Shown in pieces: positions 51,949 to 60,925 of a stretch of 64,000 bases of DNA. Position 1 is the stretch's first letter; each line of letters opens with the position of its first letter. The notes beneath the pieces are model-generated. The model was not told the origin of the DNA, did no database searches, and saw only the letters and a list, made by a program, of their open reading frames with translations. Position numbers and translations under genes: made by a program. Location of the stretch: contig CAXXVK010000072.1 of the NCBI GenBank assembly GCA_963676915.2, positions 160,001 to 224,000 on the forward strand, in the 5' to 3' direction. The stretch comes from Myxococcota bacterium (GTDB lineage Bacteria > Myxococcota_A > SURF-8 > G963663525).

Positions 51949-52791
51949 TCAACCCGAAACACGGGCGGCGGCTCCTCGCGAAAGGAGCAGCACACCCGAA
52001 ACGATAACCAGCATCAATACCACTTGGACGACGACAGGATATAGACCGTAGACGGTGACTTCAAGAAAAAGCGGCGTGAGAATCGTGGCTGAATTCACGG
52101 CGGAAACAACCTCGATGGCTCGGCTTTTCAAAAAGCCGAACTGTGTGACGACGGTGGCGGTGGCGGCGAAGAGAAGGGCGATGTATGGAAACGGATTGCT
52201 CAGTTGTCCCACGAAATCGCCCCCGGCTTCCACCAATGCGATGTCTGCCAGAAACAAGGCCAGACCGATGAGCATCCCGGCCATGGAACCATAGGCCAAT
52301 CCGTGCATTTTGGGCCAGAAACGTGACACGTAGCAACAAACCACACCACCGGCAACCAGTGTGACGACCGCCGTTACCAAGCGCCATGTGGTGAATTTTC
52401 GTATCGATTCACCATGCTCCCCGCCGAGATAGGCCAACAGTGAGGTTCCCACCACCACAAGAGCGATTCCCAAAAAATCTTCGCGTCCGAAACGTTCTCC
52501 GATCACGTACACGGCGTACAGTCCCAGGCCGATCAGTCCCACGCCCGTCATGGCCGACACCGCCGAAGGAGATTGCGACAGCTTCAGGCCCAGAGAAAAC
52601 GGTATGGTGGCGCTGGCGGTCATGGCAAACCCCAGAATCCAGAGAATGAGTTTTCCCCGGTACGGAGGGTGGAACATTTCCCGCCAGTGGCTAAAGACAT
52701 GCACAAACTGTTTTTGCACGCCTTTGCCGACGTTCATCAGCAAGGCGGCAAGCATTCCCAGCGCGAGACCGAGGATAAAAAGGTCGTTCAT
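51949..52791 (-). CDS. DMT/EamA-like membrane transporter
   Basis: About 9 TM segments, GKGVQK, IGERF..DFLGIALVVVG. Confidence 0.6.
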   Translation of the reverse strand: MNDLFILGLALGMLAALLMNVGKGVQKQFVHVFSHWREMFHPPYRGKLILWILGFAMTASATIPFSLGLKLSQSPSAVSAMTGVGLIGLGLYAVYVIGERFGREDFLGIALVVVGTSLLAYLGGEHGESIRKFTTWRLVTAVVTLVAGGVVCCYVSRFWPKMHGLAYGSMAGMLIGLALFLADIALVEAGGDFVGQLSNPFPYIALLFAATATVVTQFGFLKSRAIEVVSAVNSATILTPLFLEVTVYGLYPVVVQVVLMLVIVSGVLLLSRGAAARVSG

Positions 52792-52819
52792 TATAGCTTC
52801 CGTTTCGGTCCTGCCGGAG

Positions 52820-54022
52820 TTACATCATTTTCGACGCTTCAAGCATCAATGTGTCATTCGTACCGTCCATGATGGTTAGCAAGGGTGCGTCTCTTGCATA
52901 TTTTTCGAGCTTGTAATCCTTGGCGATGCCGTAGCCTCCCAGAACCTGAACCATGGTGTTGGTATGTTTTACGGCAAGATCCGTCGTGTAGACTTTCCCC
53001 GTTACGCTGGTGAGCAAGTCTCCGGGGAAGGCGTTTTCGCAATGCCAGCTTCCTTTCCACAACAGCGTTCGTGCCGATTCGATGGCGGCACGGCAATCGA
53101 AAAACTTTTTGGTGACAAGCTGATGCTCGAAAATCGGTTTGCCCCACTGTACGCGCTCTTTGGCGTAGGAAAGCGCTTCCTCGTAGGCGGCGCGCATCAA
53201 TCCCACGGCCAGATAGCCGGTGCCCAGGTTGCCCACCGTCATGATGGAGCGATGCAGGAAGGGATAGGCGTCTCCCGGAGGAAACAGCAGATGATCCTCT
53301 GGAATCTCCACGTCATCAAGGTATACAGGAGCTTGATTCAAGGCCCGCAATCCCATGCGGTCCTCGGCTTTGCCTTTCGTCAGTCCGTCGGCGTCACCGG
53401 GAACGATAAATGCCCCGGACCCCAACAGTCCCTTCGCAGGCTCGACGCAGGCGAAGACGATGTAATTCTTGGCGATTCCACCGTTGCTGATAAAGTTCGA
53501 CTTCACGCCGTTGAGAATCCAGCGGTCCCCTTTTTTTACGGCTGTGGTGCGATGGCGAACCGTAGGATCGAAGTAGTTTTTCCCGTCCGAACCTACGTTC
53601 GGTTCACTGCTGCCCCAGGCCGTCACGGCTTGCCCGGTTTCGTCTTCGCAATAGGGACGGACGTATGTATCGACGAGAGGTTTGTTGGTGGAGGCAAGAA
53701 ACGCCACCAGTGCAGGCACTACGGAAGACGCCATCAGCGACGCCGTAAAGCCGACGCCGTAACGGGCCAGTTCTTCCCATACCAATGCCGTTGTGGTCGC
53801 GCCCAAACCCAGACCGCCGAATTCCTCTTTGATGCCCATCTTGTGAAATCCGAGGGCAAATGCCTGTGCCATGGCTTTCTTAAACGTTTCCGTTTCGAAA
53901 ATCGCTTGGGCGTCGGACATTTTATCCAGTTCGATTTCCGCCGGTTCCAGCACGTTTTTGCCGAAATCGCGTGCAGTTTGCACGAATTGTTCCTGGATGT
54001 CGGAGATTTTGAAATCGATCAT
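52820..54022 (-). CDS. Acyl-CoA dehydrogenase family protein (atypical active site)
   Basis: SEPNVGSD, LNGVKSNFISNG, YAKERVQWGKPI, QVLGGYG, ARDA...IMDGT. Confidence 0.9.
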   Translation of the reverse strand: MIDFKISDIQEQFVQTARDFGKNVLEPAEIELDKMSDAQAIFETETFKKAMAQAFALGFHKMGIKEEFGGLGLGATTTALVWEELARYGVGFTASLMASSVVPALVAFLASTNKPLVDTYVRPYCEDETGQAVTAWGSSEPNVGSDGKNYFDPTVRHRTTAVKKGDRWILNGVKSNFISNGGIAKNYIVFACVEPAKGLLGSGAFIVPGDADGLTKGKAEDRMGLRALNQAPVYLDDVEIPEDHLLFPPGDAYPFLHRSIMTVGNLGTGYLAVGLMRAAYEEALSYAKERVQWGKPIFEHQLVTKKFFDCRAAIESARTLLWKGSWHCENAFPGDLLTSVTGKVYTTDLAVKHTNTMVQVLGGYGIAKDYKLEKYARDAPLLTIMDGTNDTLMLEASKMM

Positions 54023-54795
54023 TATTCTCCCCGCTTTCCGGCAAAGAAATCGGTCATTTTGAAATAATGCGGCAAAAAGGCTTCGCCATCGACTTCCTGG
54101 AGAATCGTTCCGGGAAGCATGGTGTTGTGGCTGACGATGTGGAAGGCCAACATCACGTTAAGACCGTCGAGTTCGTACCACGGGTCGGTTTCGGATTTCT
54201 GGAACGTCACTTCAGCCGTGCCGACTTCGCAACTTACGAGATCGAGATCGGTTTTTTGGGAGGCGAGATATACGGGGCCGTCGAATCCCGGTTGAAGATC
54301 GATGCGCGGCATTCCCTTGAAGAGATACGTTGGTCCGGTGGGGGGCAGTTGGGGCAGAGTGGCGTTCAGTTCCCCTTTGACCTCCACGAAGCGTACGCCG
54401 TTGCGTTCCACCCAGCCGTGAAGTCGGTTGCCGTCTTTTTCGTAGTGAATCGACGCCATTTTTTTGGGAAAACCGAAGATGTCCCGGCCGTTGTAATTGC
54501 GCGCTTCGTTGTCGATGGGCATCGACAGGCAGTATGCGCCGGGTTCGCCTTTGTATTTGCAGCGAATGAAAAGCGCCGCTTCGTGGTATCCCGGCCCGAG
54601 GTTGGTTTCAGGGTATTCGGCGATGAAGATCAGCCCGCCGGGCATATCGGCCTGTTCCAGAGGCGCCGGTAAAAGCGGTGCTGTGGTTTCGGCAGGTGAG
54701 CCGAACATTACGCCCATCATTTTCGCGTTTTCGAAACGTCGCACGCCTAATGCATAGTAGCTATCCAGTTCTTCCGGTGTTTTTACAAATCCCAT
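54022..54795 (-). CDS. Acetoacetate decarboxylase family protein
   Basis: LLPAPLE, YHEAAL, GRDIFGFPKK (Schiff-base Lys motif). Confidence 0.85.
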   Translation of the reverse strand: MGFVKTPEELDSYYALGVRRFENAKMMGVMFGSPAETTAPLLPAPLEQADMPGGLIFIAEYPETNLGPGYHEAALFIRCKYKGEPGAYCLSMPIDNEARNYNGRDIFGFPKKMASIHYEKDGNRLHGWVERNGVRFVEVKGELNATLPQLPPTGPTYLFKGMPRIDLQPGFDGPVYLASQKTDLDLVSCEVGTAEVTFQKSETDPWYELDGLNVMLAFHIVSHNTMLPGTILQEVDGEAFLPHYFKMTDFFAGKRGE

Positions 54796-54825
54796 GATTT
54801 CCTCCTGTTAGGTGTCCTATGTGAA

Positions 54826-55671
54826 TCAAGAAAATTTCTTGTACAAACCCAATTCGGATGATTGGGCTTTCAAAATTGCGCCTTCAACGAGTCCCGGCGA
54901 TAGCCGATAGGCCAGCCATCCCGCTACGCCCGAAGCGGTCATGATCAAGCGCCGTTTGCGTTTTTCGATCATGTCGAGGATTTTTGCGGCGGCCTGTGCC
55001 TGCGTGTGGTGGGCTGGACGATCGGGCAGCACCAACGATCCGTCGGCCGCGAGAATGCGTTTTTCCGGGTCGTGTTCGGTAAATCCGAGGTGCGCCACGC
55101 CGAAGTGCACGCCGTCATCCATCATTTCCAGCCGTAGAGATTCGCACAAACCCGTCAGGGCGGCTTTTCCTGCGCAGTAGGTGGAAGCGCCCGGCAGTCC
55201 GAACAGCCCGGCGATGCTGGAGACGAACACCACGCTGCCTTTGGTTTGGCGAAGATCGTCGATGGCGGCGCGGGTCGGGTAGATGCAGCCCATCAGATTG
55301 GTTTGAATGGTCTGTGAACAGACTTCGGGAGACAGCTCGTAAAATTTCCCCCGCATGGAGACACCCGCATTGTTAACGAGAATGTCCACCGGTCCGAAAT
55401 GCTTTTGCGCCGTTTCGACCATATGCAGAGCATCTTCCCACTTGCCGACATCTCCCGTGACCGCTTCGACGTTGGGGTTGATTTTTCGCAGCTTTTCCAG
55501 CGAATCCATCAGGCGCTTTTCGCCTCGTGCGGAAATGACGACGTTGGCTCCCCGTTCTGCGAGCGCTCGGGCGACCGCCAGACCGACACCTCGGCTGGCT
55601 CCGGTTATCAGTGCCGTTTTTCCCGTAAACCGGGTTTGCACGATGGGCATGCTTTCGTTCTCGTTCGGCAT
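54826..55671 (-). CDS. Short-chain dehydrogenase/reductase
   Basis: TGASRGVG, NNAG, SS, YCAGK. Confidence 0.92.
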   Translation of the reverse strand: MPNENESMPIVQTRFTGKTALITGASRGVGLAVARALAERGANVVISARGEKRLMDSLEKLRKINPNVEAVTGDVGKWEDALHMVETAQKHFGPVDILVNNAGVSMRGKFYELSPEVCSQTIQTNLMGCIYPTRAAIDDLRQTKGSVVFVSSIAGLFGLPGASTYCAGKAALTGLCESLRLEMMDDGVHFGVAHLGFTEHDPEKRILAADGSLVLPDRPAHHTQAQAAAKILDMIEKRKRRLIMTASGVAGWLAYRLSPGLVEGAILKAQSSELGLYKKFS

Positions 55672-55776
55672 GGTTTGGTTCCTTTACTTCCAGTCGTTTC
55701 AAAAGCGATGAAGGATTGACGTTGGTTCCGTTCCTTTAAAAATCTTTCATTTCACGAAGATTCGCTCCAAATCCCG

Positions 55777-58389
55777 CTACAAGGCTTCATGCTCGGTTCG
55801 GGCGATGATTTCGTCCTGGATTTCCCGTCCAAGATCCACGAAATACGTGCTGTATCCCCCCACCTTGACGATCAAATCACGATGCCGCTCCGGGTGTTCT
55901 TTCGCTTCTTTGAGCGTTTCTGAAGAAATGCAGGTCGGCTGAAGCTGTGCCCCACCAAGCTTGAAATACGTACGGATCAGGTCGGCCCATTTTTTTCGTG
56001 CTTCCTGCGATTCTCCGATGGAACTGGGATGAAATTTCATGTTGACGGCACAGCCGAGCACGTCTTCGAACGGCAGAGATGCCACCGAGCGAAGAGCCGC
56101 CGTGGCTCCGCAACGTTCTACGTTGTAGGGATTGCAGCTTGCCGCATAAGGTACGGCTGCTTTTCGACCGTCTGCTCCGGCCATCGACAACCGACCATCG
56201 ATGGTGTGGGTGATCATGCTGATGATATAGACCACGAACGGTCCGTTACGTGTGGTGCGATAATCGTAGGTGATATCGAAAAGCCCTTTGCAGACTTTTG
56301 CCGCCAGTGCATCCGTTTCTTCGTGACCGTTGCCCCATTTTCCCGGCAATTTTTCAATGCTTCGGAGTAAGTCTGCATCGTCCATGAACGAACGATCTAC
56401 CGCTTCGAGCAACCGACGCATCGTGCAGGTTTTCTGTTCGTAGATCAGTTTTTGAATGACATAGAGCGAATCGATCAGGTTCGCCACGGAGTTGATCATC
56501 GAAATCCCGGCGAGGTCGTATGTCGCTCCGCCCTGGGTCACGTCTTTTCTCGATTCCAGGCAACCATCCATGAAGGCCGAAATCTGTGGTGCGGGGAGGT
56601 ATTTGGCGAACAGGTCGTCCCGCAGGTTGGAAGCCCGTACGATTTTGTCGATGAAAAATTTTGCCTGCTGGAAAAAAGCCTCCAAAAACGTGTCGAAATC
56701 GTCAAAAGTGTCCGGATCTCCCGTTTTCAGTCCTTCTCCCCGGATTGTTCCCGCCAGGATCGCCGAATCCCCATTGCGCATGGTAATGTCCAGCAGACGC
56801 GCCAGTTGTAAGGCGTTGGCGCTCATGCTGCCGGTTTTTCCCGGACATATTCCCTCGACACAGCCCATGATGGCGTAGTCCCGTGCATCTTCTTCCTTGA
56901 AGTCTCGGCGCTTCATGGCCTCGACCATCGTTTCGTCGTTGAACAGCGAGAAGCTGGATGTCCCCTGTTGCAGAAAGGAAGCCACGTCGAGCAGGAGGTC
57001 ATCGGGCGTTGCGTCGTGGACGCGCAACGAAATGTTGGTGATGGCTTTGGACTTGTGCGCCGCTTCGAGAAACAGCCGGGTCAACTCGTTGGTGGCATCG
57101 CGGCCTTCTGCATCGACGCCGCCGAGGGTCACGGGCGAAGATCCCAAGAAGCGATGGTAGAAATGACCCAAAATGTTCGATTCAGGTCGAATGTTTTGCG
57201 ACATGATCTTTAAAAGGAGTTCTTCTAAAAGATCCAATGCTTCTTCGCGGGAAATTTCGCCTGTTTCGAGATCCTTCCGGTAGTACTCGATAAGATCCTG
57301 ATCCAGACGTCCGAAACAGTGCAGGTTTACCGGGTGGGCCAGTTCCACTGCGGTTTTGATCGTCCACAGCGCCTGTACCGCTTCACGAAAATTCCGGGCT
57401 GGATGTAGAGGCGCATGGCCGCAGATCGCAGCCATCTGTTGCAATTCCCACTTTCGTTCTCCATCAGGCTCGTTTTTGGCTTCACGCTCGATTTTTTCGG
57501 CAAGTCTGCCGGCAAACACCGCCACGCCTTCTAGGGCGACGAGTTGAGATTCGAGAATTTCCTTTTCTTCACGCTCCAGATGTTGCGAATCCAGCTCGGC
57601 CCGGATGTTTTCCATCATTCCTACAAGACCGAGCTTCAGTGGGGTTCGGTAGTCGAGAATGACATGGCCCTGATAGGTCGCGATGGTCGCGCAGGTGGAA
57701 ATCATCTGGACTTGTCGAGACGTATTTCCCGGAAGCGCTACGGCGAAATCGTGCATGTCTTTCGAGTAGAGTCCTGATTTCAGCGTCTCTTCTTCCAGTC
57801 GATCGACGACGGTTCGACCTTTCCAATAGGGAAGTAACCGTTTTAGTAGTTCATCCCGGTCGTTTTTTTTGATCCGATAGGGGTTGATGTCCCTCTCGGA
57901 CATGGTTTTGAGTTCCATGTTGAGAGGTTGAGCGCCTGCGTGGCGGACGATTTTCTGATTGCGGATGAAATCCCCGAGTACGCCTTTACCCAGCATGTAA
58001 CGGAACGCTTTGGCCATCGATCCCAGACGAAAGCGCAGCATCGAAGAACGGGTCAATTCGGACTCGAACACCTGGTTGAACACGCCGCGTTCGATATCGA
58101 TGGGAATACCCAGAAAAAATTCCGTCCAGGTTCCCGCTATGCGCTCTTCACGGTCGAGGTAGATGGTTACGTTTTCATATACATGTTTCAATGCGCGAGC
58201 GACACGAAGCGCCTGGGTTACGTCCTGACCTTCTTGCGCCTGCCATCCTTGGGTGAAATAGCGGGCGCGTTCCACCGAAATCATGGCGTCCCCGGATTGA
58301 TACCGTTGCTTCATGCTTCGGATGCGGTCCCGTCGTGTTTCCGAAGTTTTTACGCGCTCTACCGTTTCCCTTCCGGCGAACGTTTCCAT
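55777..58389 (-). CDS. Glycyl radical enzyme (PFL2/eliminase-like), substrate unknown
   Basis: ISVERAR, GRLDQ, MGCVE Cys loop, C-terminal LIVKVGGYSTYF Gly loop, QDEIIART. Confidence 0.92.
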   Translation of the reverse strand: METFAGRETVERVKTSETRRDRIRSMKQRYQSGDAMISVERARYFTQGWQAQEGQDVTQALRVARALKHVYENVTIYLDREERIAGTWTEFFLGIPIDIERGVFNQVFESELTRSSMLRFRLGSMAKAFRYMLGKGVLGDFIRNQKIVRHAGAQPLNMELKTMSERDINPYRIKKNDRDELLKRLLPYWKGRTVVDRLEEETLKSGLYSKDMHDFAVALPGNTSRQVQMISTCATIATYQGHVILDYRTPLKLGLVGMMENIRAELDSQHLEREEKEILESQLVALEGVAVFAGRLAEKIEREAKNEPDGERKWELQQMAAICGHAPLHPARNFREAVQALWTIKTAVELAHPVNLHCFGRLDQDLIEYYRKDLETGEISREEALDLLEELLLKIMSQNIRPESNILGHFYHRFLGSSPVTLGGVDAEGRDATNELTRLFLEAAHKSKAITNISLRVHDATPDDLLLDVASFLQQGTSSFSLFNDETMVEAMKRRDFKEEDARDYAIMGCVEGICPGKTGSMSANALQLARLLDITMRNGDSAILAGTIRGEGLKTGDPDTFDDFDTFLEAFFQQAKFFIDKIVRASNLRDDLFAKYLPAPQISAFMDGCLESRKDVTQGGATYDLAGISMINSVANLIDSLYVIQKLIYEQKTCTMRRLLEAVDRSFMDDADLLRSIEKLPGKWGNGHEETDALAAKVCKGLFDITYDYRTTRNGPFVVYIISMITHTIDGRLSMAGADGRKAAVPYAASCNPYNVERCGATAALRSVASLPFEDVLGCAVNMKFHPSSIGESQEARKKWADLIRTYFKLGGAQLQPTCISSETLKEAKEHPERHRDLIVKVGGYSTYFVDLGREIQDEIIARTEHEAL

Positions 58390-58412
58390 GCGTCCATCCT
58401 TTCCGGTGTCGT

Positions 58413-59021
58413 TCAGGGCGCTTCACCCTCTACCGAATCCAACAATGTCGAAGCCATCCATTTCAGGTGTTGTTTGCGCCGAACGATCGATTCGTCCGAC
58501 ATCGGGTCGTCGCCAAGCAGTTGGCTGATAAGCTCTCCGTAAGTGAAATAGCTGATGATGGCTCCGTAAAAACTGATCAGCAGGTGTTCGGCGGCGGCTT
58601 CGCCTTGTTGAGTTTTCGGATACACGTCTTTCAGCGTTTGGATGCCCATCGAAAAAATCGGTGCCATGTGCCCGGCGATGCGTTCCATGTGAGCACCCCC
58701 GGCGGCTTCACGCTGGACGATCCGCCCGAAATTCCGGTTTTCCACCAGAAATTCGATGTAAACGTCTATCAAAGACAACAGGCGCGTTTTGATATCTCCG
58801 TCTTGGGTCAGCGCTTTGGCGAGTTTTCCTCCAAGCTTGCTGTAATAGCGATCCAGCAGCTCGGTCAGCAGTCCTTGTTTGCTTTGAAAATGGTAGTGGA
58901 TTAGTGCTTTATTTACACCCGATTTTTCGGCAATTTCCCGTGTAGTTGCCGCATCGAAACCGACGGTGCCGAACAACTCATCCGCTGCCGACAGAATTCG
59001 TTCTTTCGCGTTTTTATTCAT
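58413..59021 (-). CDS. TetR-family regulator
   Basis: KERILSAADELF...GFDAATTREIAEKSGVNKALIHYHF; ATG at 59021 preferred because it lies downstream of the promoter and operator. Confidence 0.93.
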   Translation of the reverse strand: MNKNAKERILSAADELFGTVGFDAATTREIAEKSGVNKALIHYHFQSKQGLLTELLDRYYSKLGGKLAKALTQDGDIKTRLLSLIDVYIEFLVENRNFGRIVQREAAGGAHMERIAGHMAPIFSMGIQTLKDVYPKTQQGEAAAEHLLISFYGAIISYFTYGELISQLLGDDPMSDESIVRRKQHLKWMASTLLDSVEGEAP

Positions 59022-59042
59022 ATTGTAACGTTTCTTCGCTTT

Positions 59043-59091
59043 TTTAACCAACCGGCCAGTTAAATTGTAGTTCGTTTCTTTTTTTTGTCAA
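59043..59091 (-). promoter_or_regulatory. Sigma70 promoter with an adjacent palindromic operator
   Basis: Minus strand TTGACA-N16-TACAAT, followed at once by TTTAACtggCCGGttgGTTAAA. Confidence 0.65.
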
Positions 59092-59252
59092 ATATTTCGT
59101 TTTTTTGTTGAAAAATAAGAAAGAGAAATACCCCTACGAGCTTCAGTTTTCGGGCACATGTCCCCTAATGAGCAATCGCTCGAAAGCGTGCTCTGAAAAT
59201 GCTCAAACAAACGTATTTTACCGAAACTTAGGCCAAAAAGAGGGGGAGTGGA

Positions 59253-60671
59253 TTACTCCTGCCATCCTCCGTCGAACCAACCTAGGGACTCCATGGCCGT
59301 CCATGTGCTCGGATCGCCAAAACTTCCCAAACCCATTTTGTACTCGTAATTTACAAGTTTATCTACTGGGTCGTTTTCTACGGATTCGTGGTCGATGATG
59401 TAGCCGACATCGTCGTTACCAAGCCCCACGATGAATTTATGCGGGCTGACCATTTTCTCCTTCAGGCGCAGGCTGAATTCAGGGGTGGATTCTCCTGGAA
59501 ACGAAGCGAATTCCGCCGGGCCCAGTTTGTGCCAACTGACTTCCAGTTCTTTGACGATCAGTCCTTCTTCCGGGTCGTCGATGAAAGTGCGAAACGGAAT
59601 TCCGGCATAGTTGACGAGATCGTCGAAAAAGCCATCCGTTGCTGAAGAATAAACAGCCCAGCGGTGACGAATATCGAACTCTTCTGCTTTGGAAGGCGTT
59701 TCGATGGCCTCCATTGCGGCATCCGCGAGAAGTTTTCCCATGTTGTAGGCGCGTTCGTATTCATCGCCTCCGGGAACGTCGGGAGATAGCGGTCCATCGT
59801 GCACGGCGGCGGAAAAACCTTGTAAAAACATGGCAGGTGCGCCGGTGCGTTCTTCGATTTCCTCACGATACCCCCAAATATAATCCGCCGAAACGAGGTT
59901 GTCGGCCCAGGGAAGTTGGGTAGGATGCTTGGCGAAATTGGTCAGTGTCAAAACGACTTCGTCCGAGGTGTTTTTGGCCTGCATCACGGTAACGGAATCA
60001 TCGAGGATCTCCGAGCACCCCTCGTCCCTGCCGGTGTAGCCGACGAGTTCACTTTTTCCGAAATACAACTCTGTTTCATCCATCGAATTAGCGGCATCGA
60101 CGGCGGCTTGCGTGATGCGTTCCACATGCCATTCCAGAAATTCCTTGGGAATGGCTTGGTTGACATCTTGGAAGATGCCCACAAGATCCGGTGTTGTATG
60201 GCTGTGGCTGGAACCGAGTAAAATGTGTTGCGGTTCCAGCGAGATTTTGGGAGAGATCGCCTCAACGATGGATTCCCGAAGGGATTTGACTCCCGGCCCT
60301 TCGGCGCCGAAATCAAAATAATACCCGGCGGAGTCCATGCCGATTAGAACAAATGCCTGTCCTGCATCGTTTTGGAAAATCGCCACCTGCGCTCGCAGCC
60401 GGTCGTTGATCCCCACGCAATCTCGATGGATGCTGGGAGTACCGTATCCGCCGAGGAGTGTCCCGATTTCCGGTGTAATGTCCGCTTCTCCGTATCCCAG
60501 GTAAAATCGTGTGGCCGTAGTGGCTACTTCCTCTTCTTGTTCCTGCTCCTGCTCCGTATCGCCACCATCGTTGGAGGGGTTGGAGTTTTCGTCTTCCGTA
60601 CAGAAGGTCAGCGTAACCAACAACGGGAGCAGAAGAAATGGCAGCAAGCGCAATTGCGAAGAACGGATCAT
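59253..60671 (-). CDS. Neutral/alkaline ceramidase-like lipoprotein
   Basis: GYGEADITP, DRLRAQ, SSHSHTTP, NFAKHP, SADY, FPGE, GLGND..GY. Confidence 0.7.
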   Translation of the reverse strand: MIRSSQLRLLPFLLLPLLVTLTFCTEDENSNPSNDGGDTEQEQEQEEEVATTATRFYLGYGEADITPEIGTLLGGYGTPSIHRDCVGINDRLRAQVAIFQNDAGQAFVLIGMDSAGYYFDFGAEGPGVKSLRESIVEAISPKISLEPQHILLGSSHSHTTPDLVGIFQDVNQAIPKEFLEWHVERITQAAVDAANSMDETELYFGKSELVGYTGRDEGCSEILDDSVTVMQAKNTSDEVVLTLTNFAKHPTQLPWADNLVSADYIWGYREEIEERTGAPAMFLQGFSAAVHDGPLSPDVPGGDEYERAYNMGKLLADAAMEAIETPSKAEEFDIRHRWAVYSSATDGFFDDLVNYAGIPFRTFIDDPEEGLIVKELEVSWHKLGPAEFASFPGESTPEFSLRLKEKMVSPHKFIVGLGNDDVGYIIDHESVENDPVDKLVNYEYKMGLGSFGDPSTWTAMESLGWFDGGWQE

Positions 60672-60925
60672 CGGGAAACTCCTGGAATAGAATGGATTCT
60701 CGAAAACGCCGTATTATTATCCTTCGTTGGACATTCGTCAACATGACAGTTATCATTTGTCGAGTGGGAAAAAAGCTGTCAAACTCTTAAAAATCCTTCA
60801 ATTGTCCGTTGGGATGAAGGAAACATTTTCTTCCCAAGAATCGATTGGCATGGTAATGGGGATTGCGCTAGGATTGAAAAAAAGCCGCATCTACAGTGAC
60901 CTTCAATGGCAGGAATTTAACGACG

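Noticed and set aside
52964-54067. Long antisense ORFs (367 aa here; also 60917-61849, 62417-63502, 21417-22229)
   Set aside because: They are shadows of well-supported genes on the opposite strand, with no recognisable motifs.
55777-58389. Calling the GRE pyruvate formate-lyase (pflB) or choline TMA-lyase
   Set aside because: It lacks the adjacent Cys-Cys of PFL and has no microcompartment or cut genes; no specific assignment is supportable by eye.
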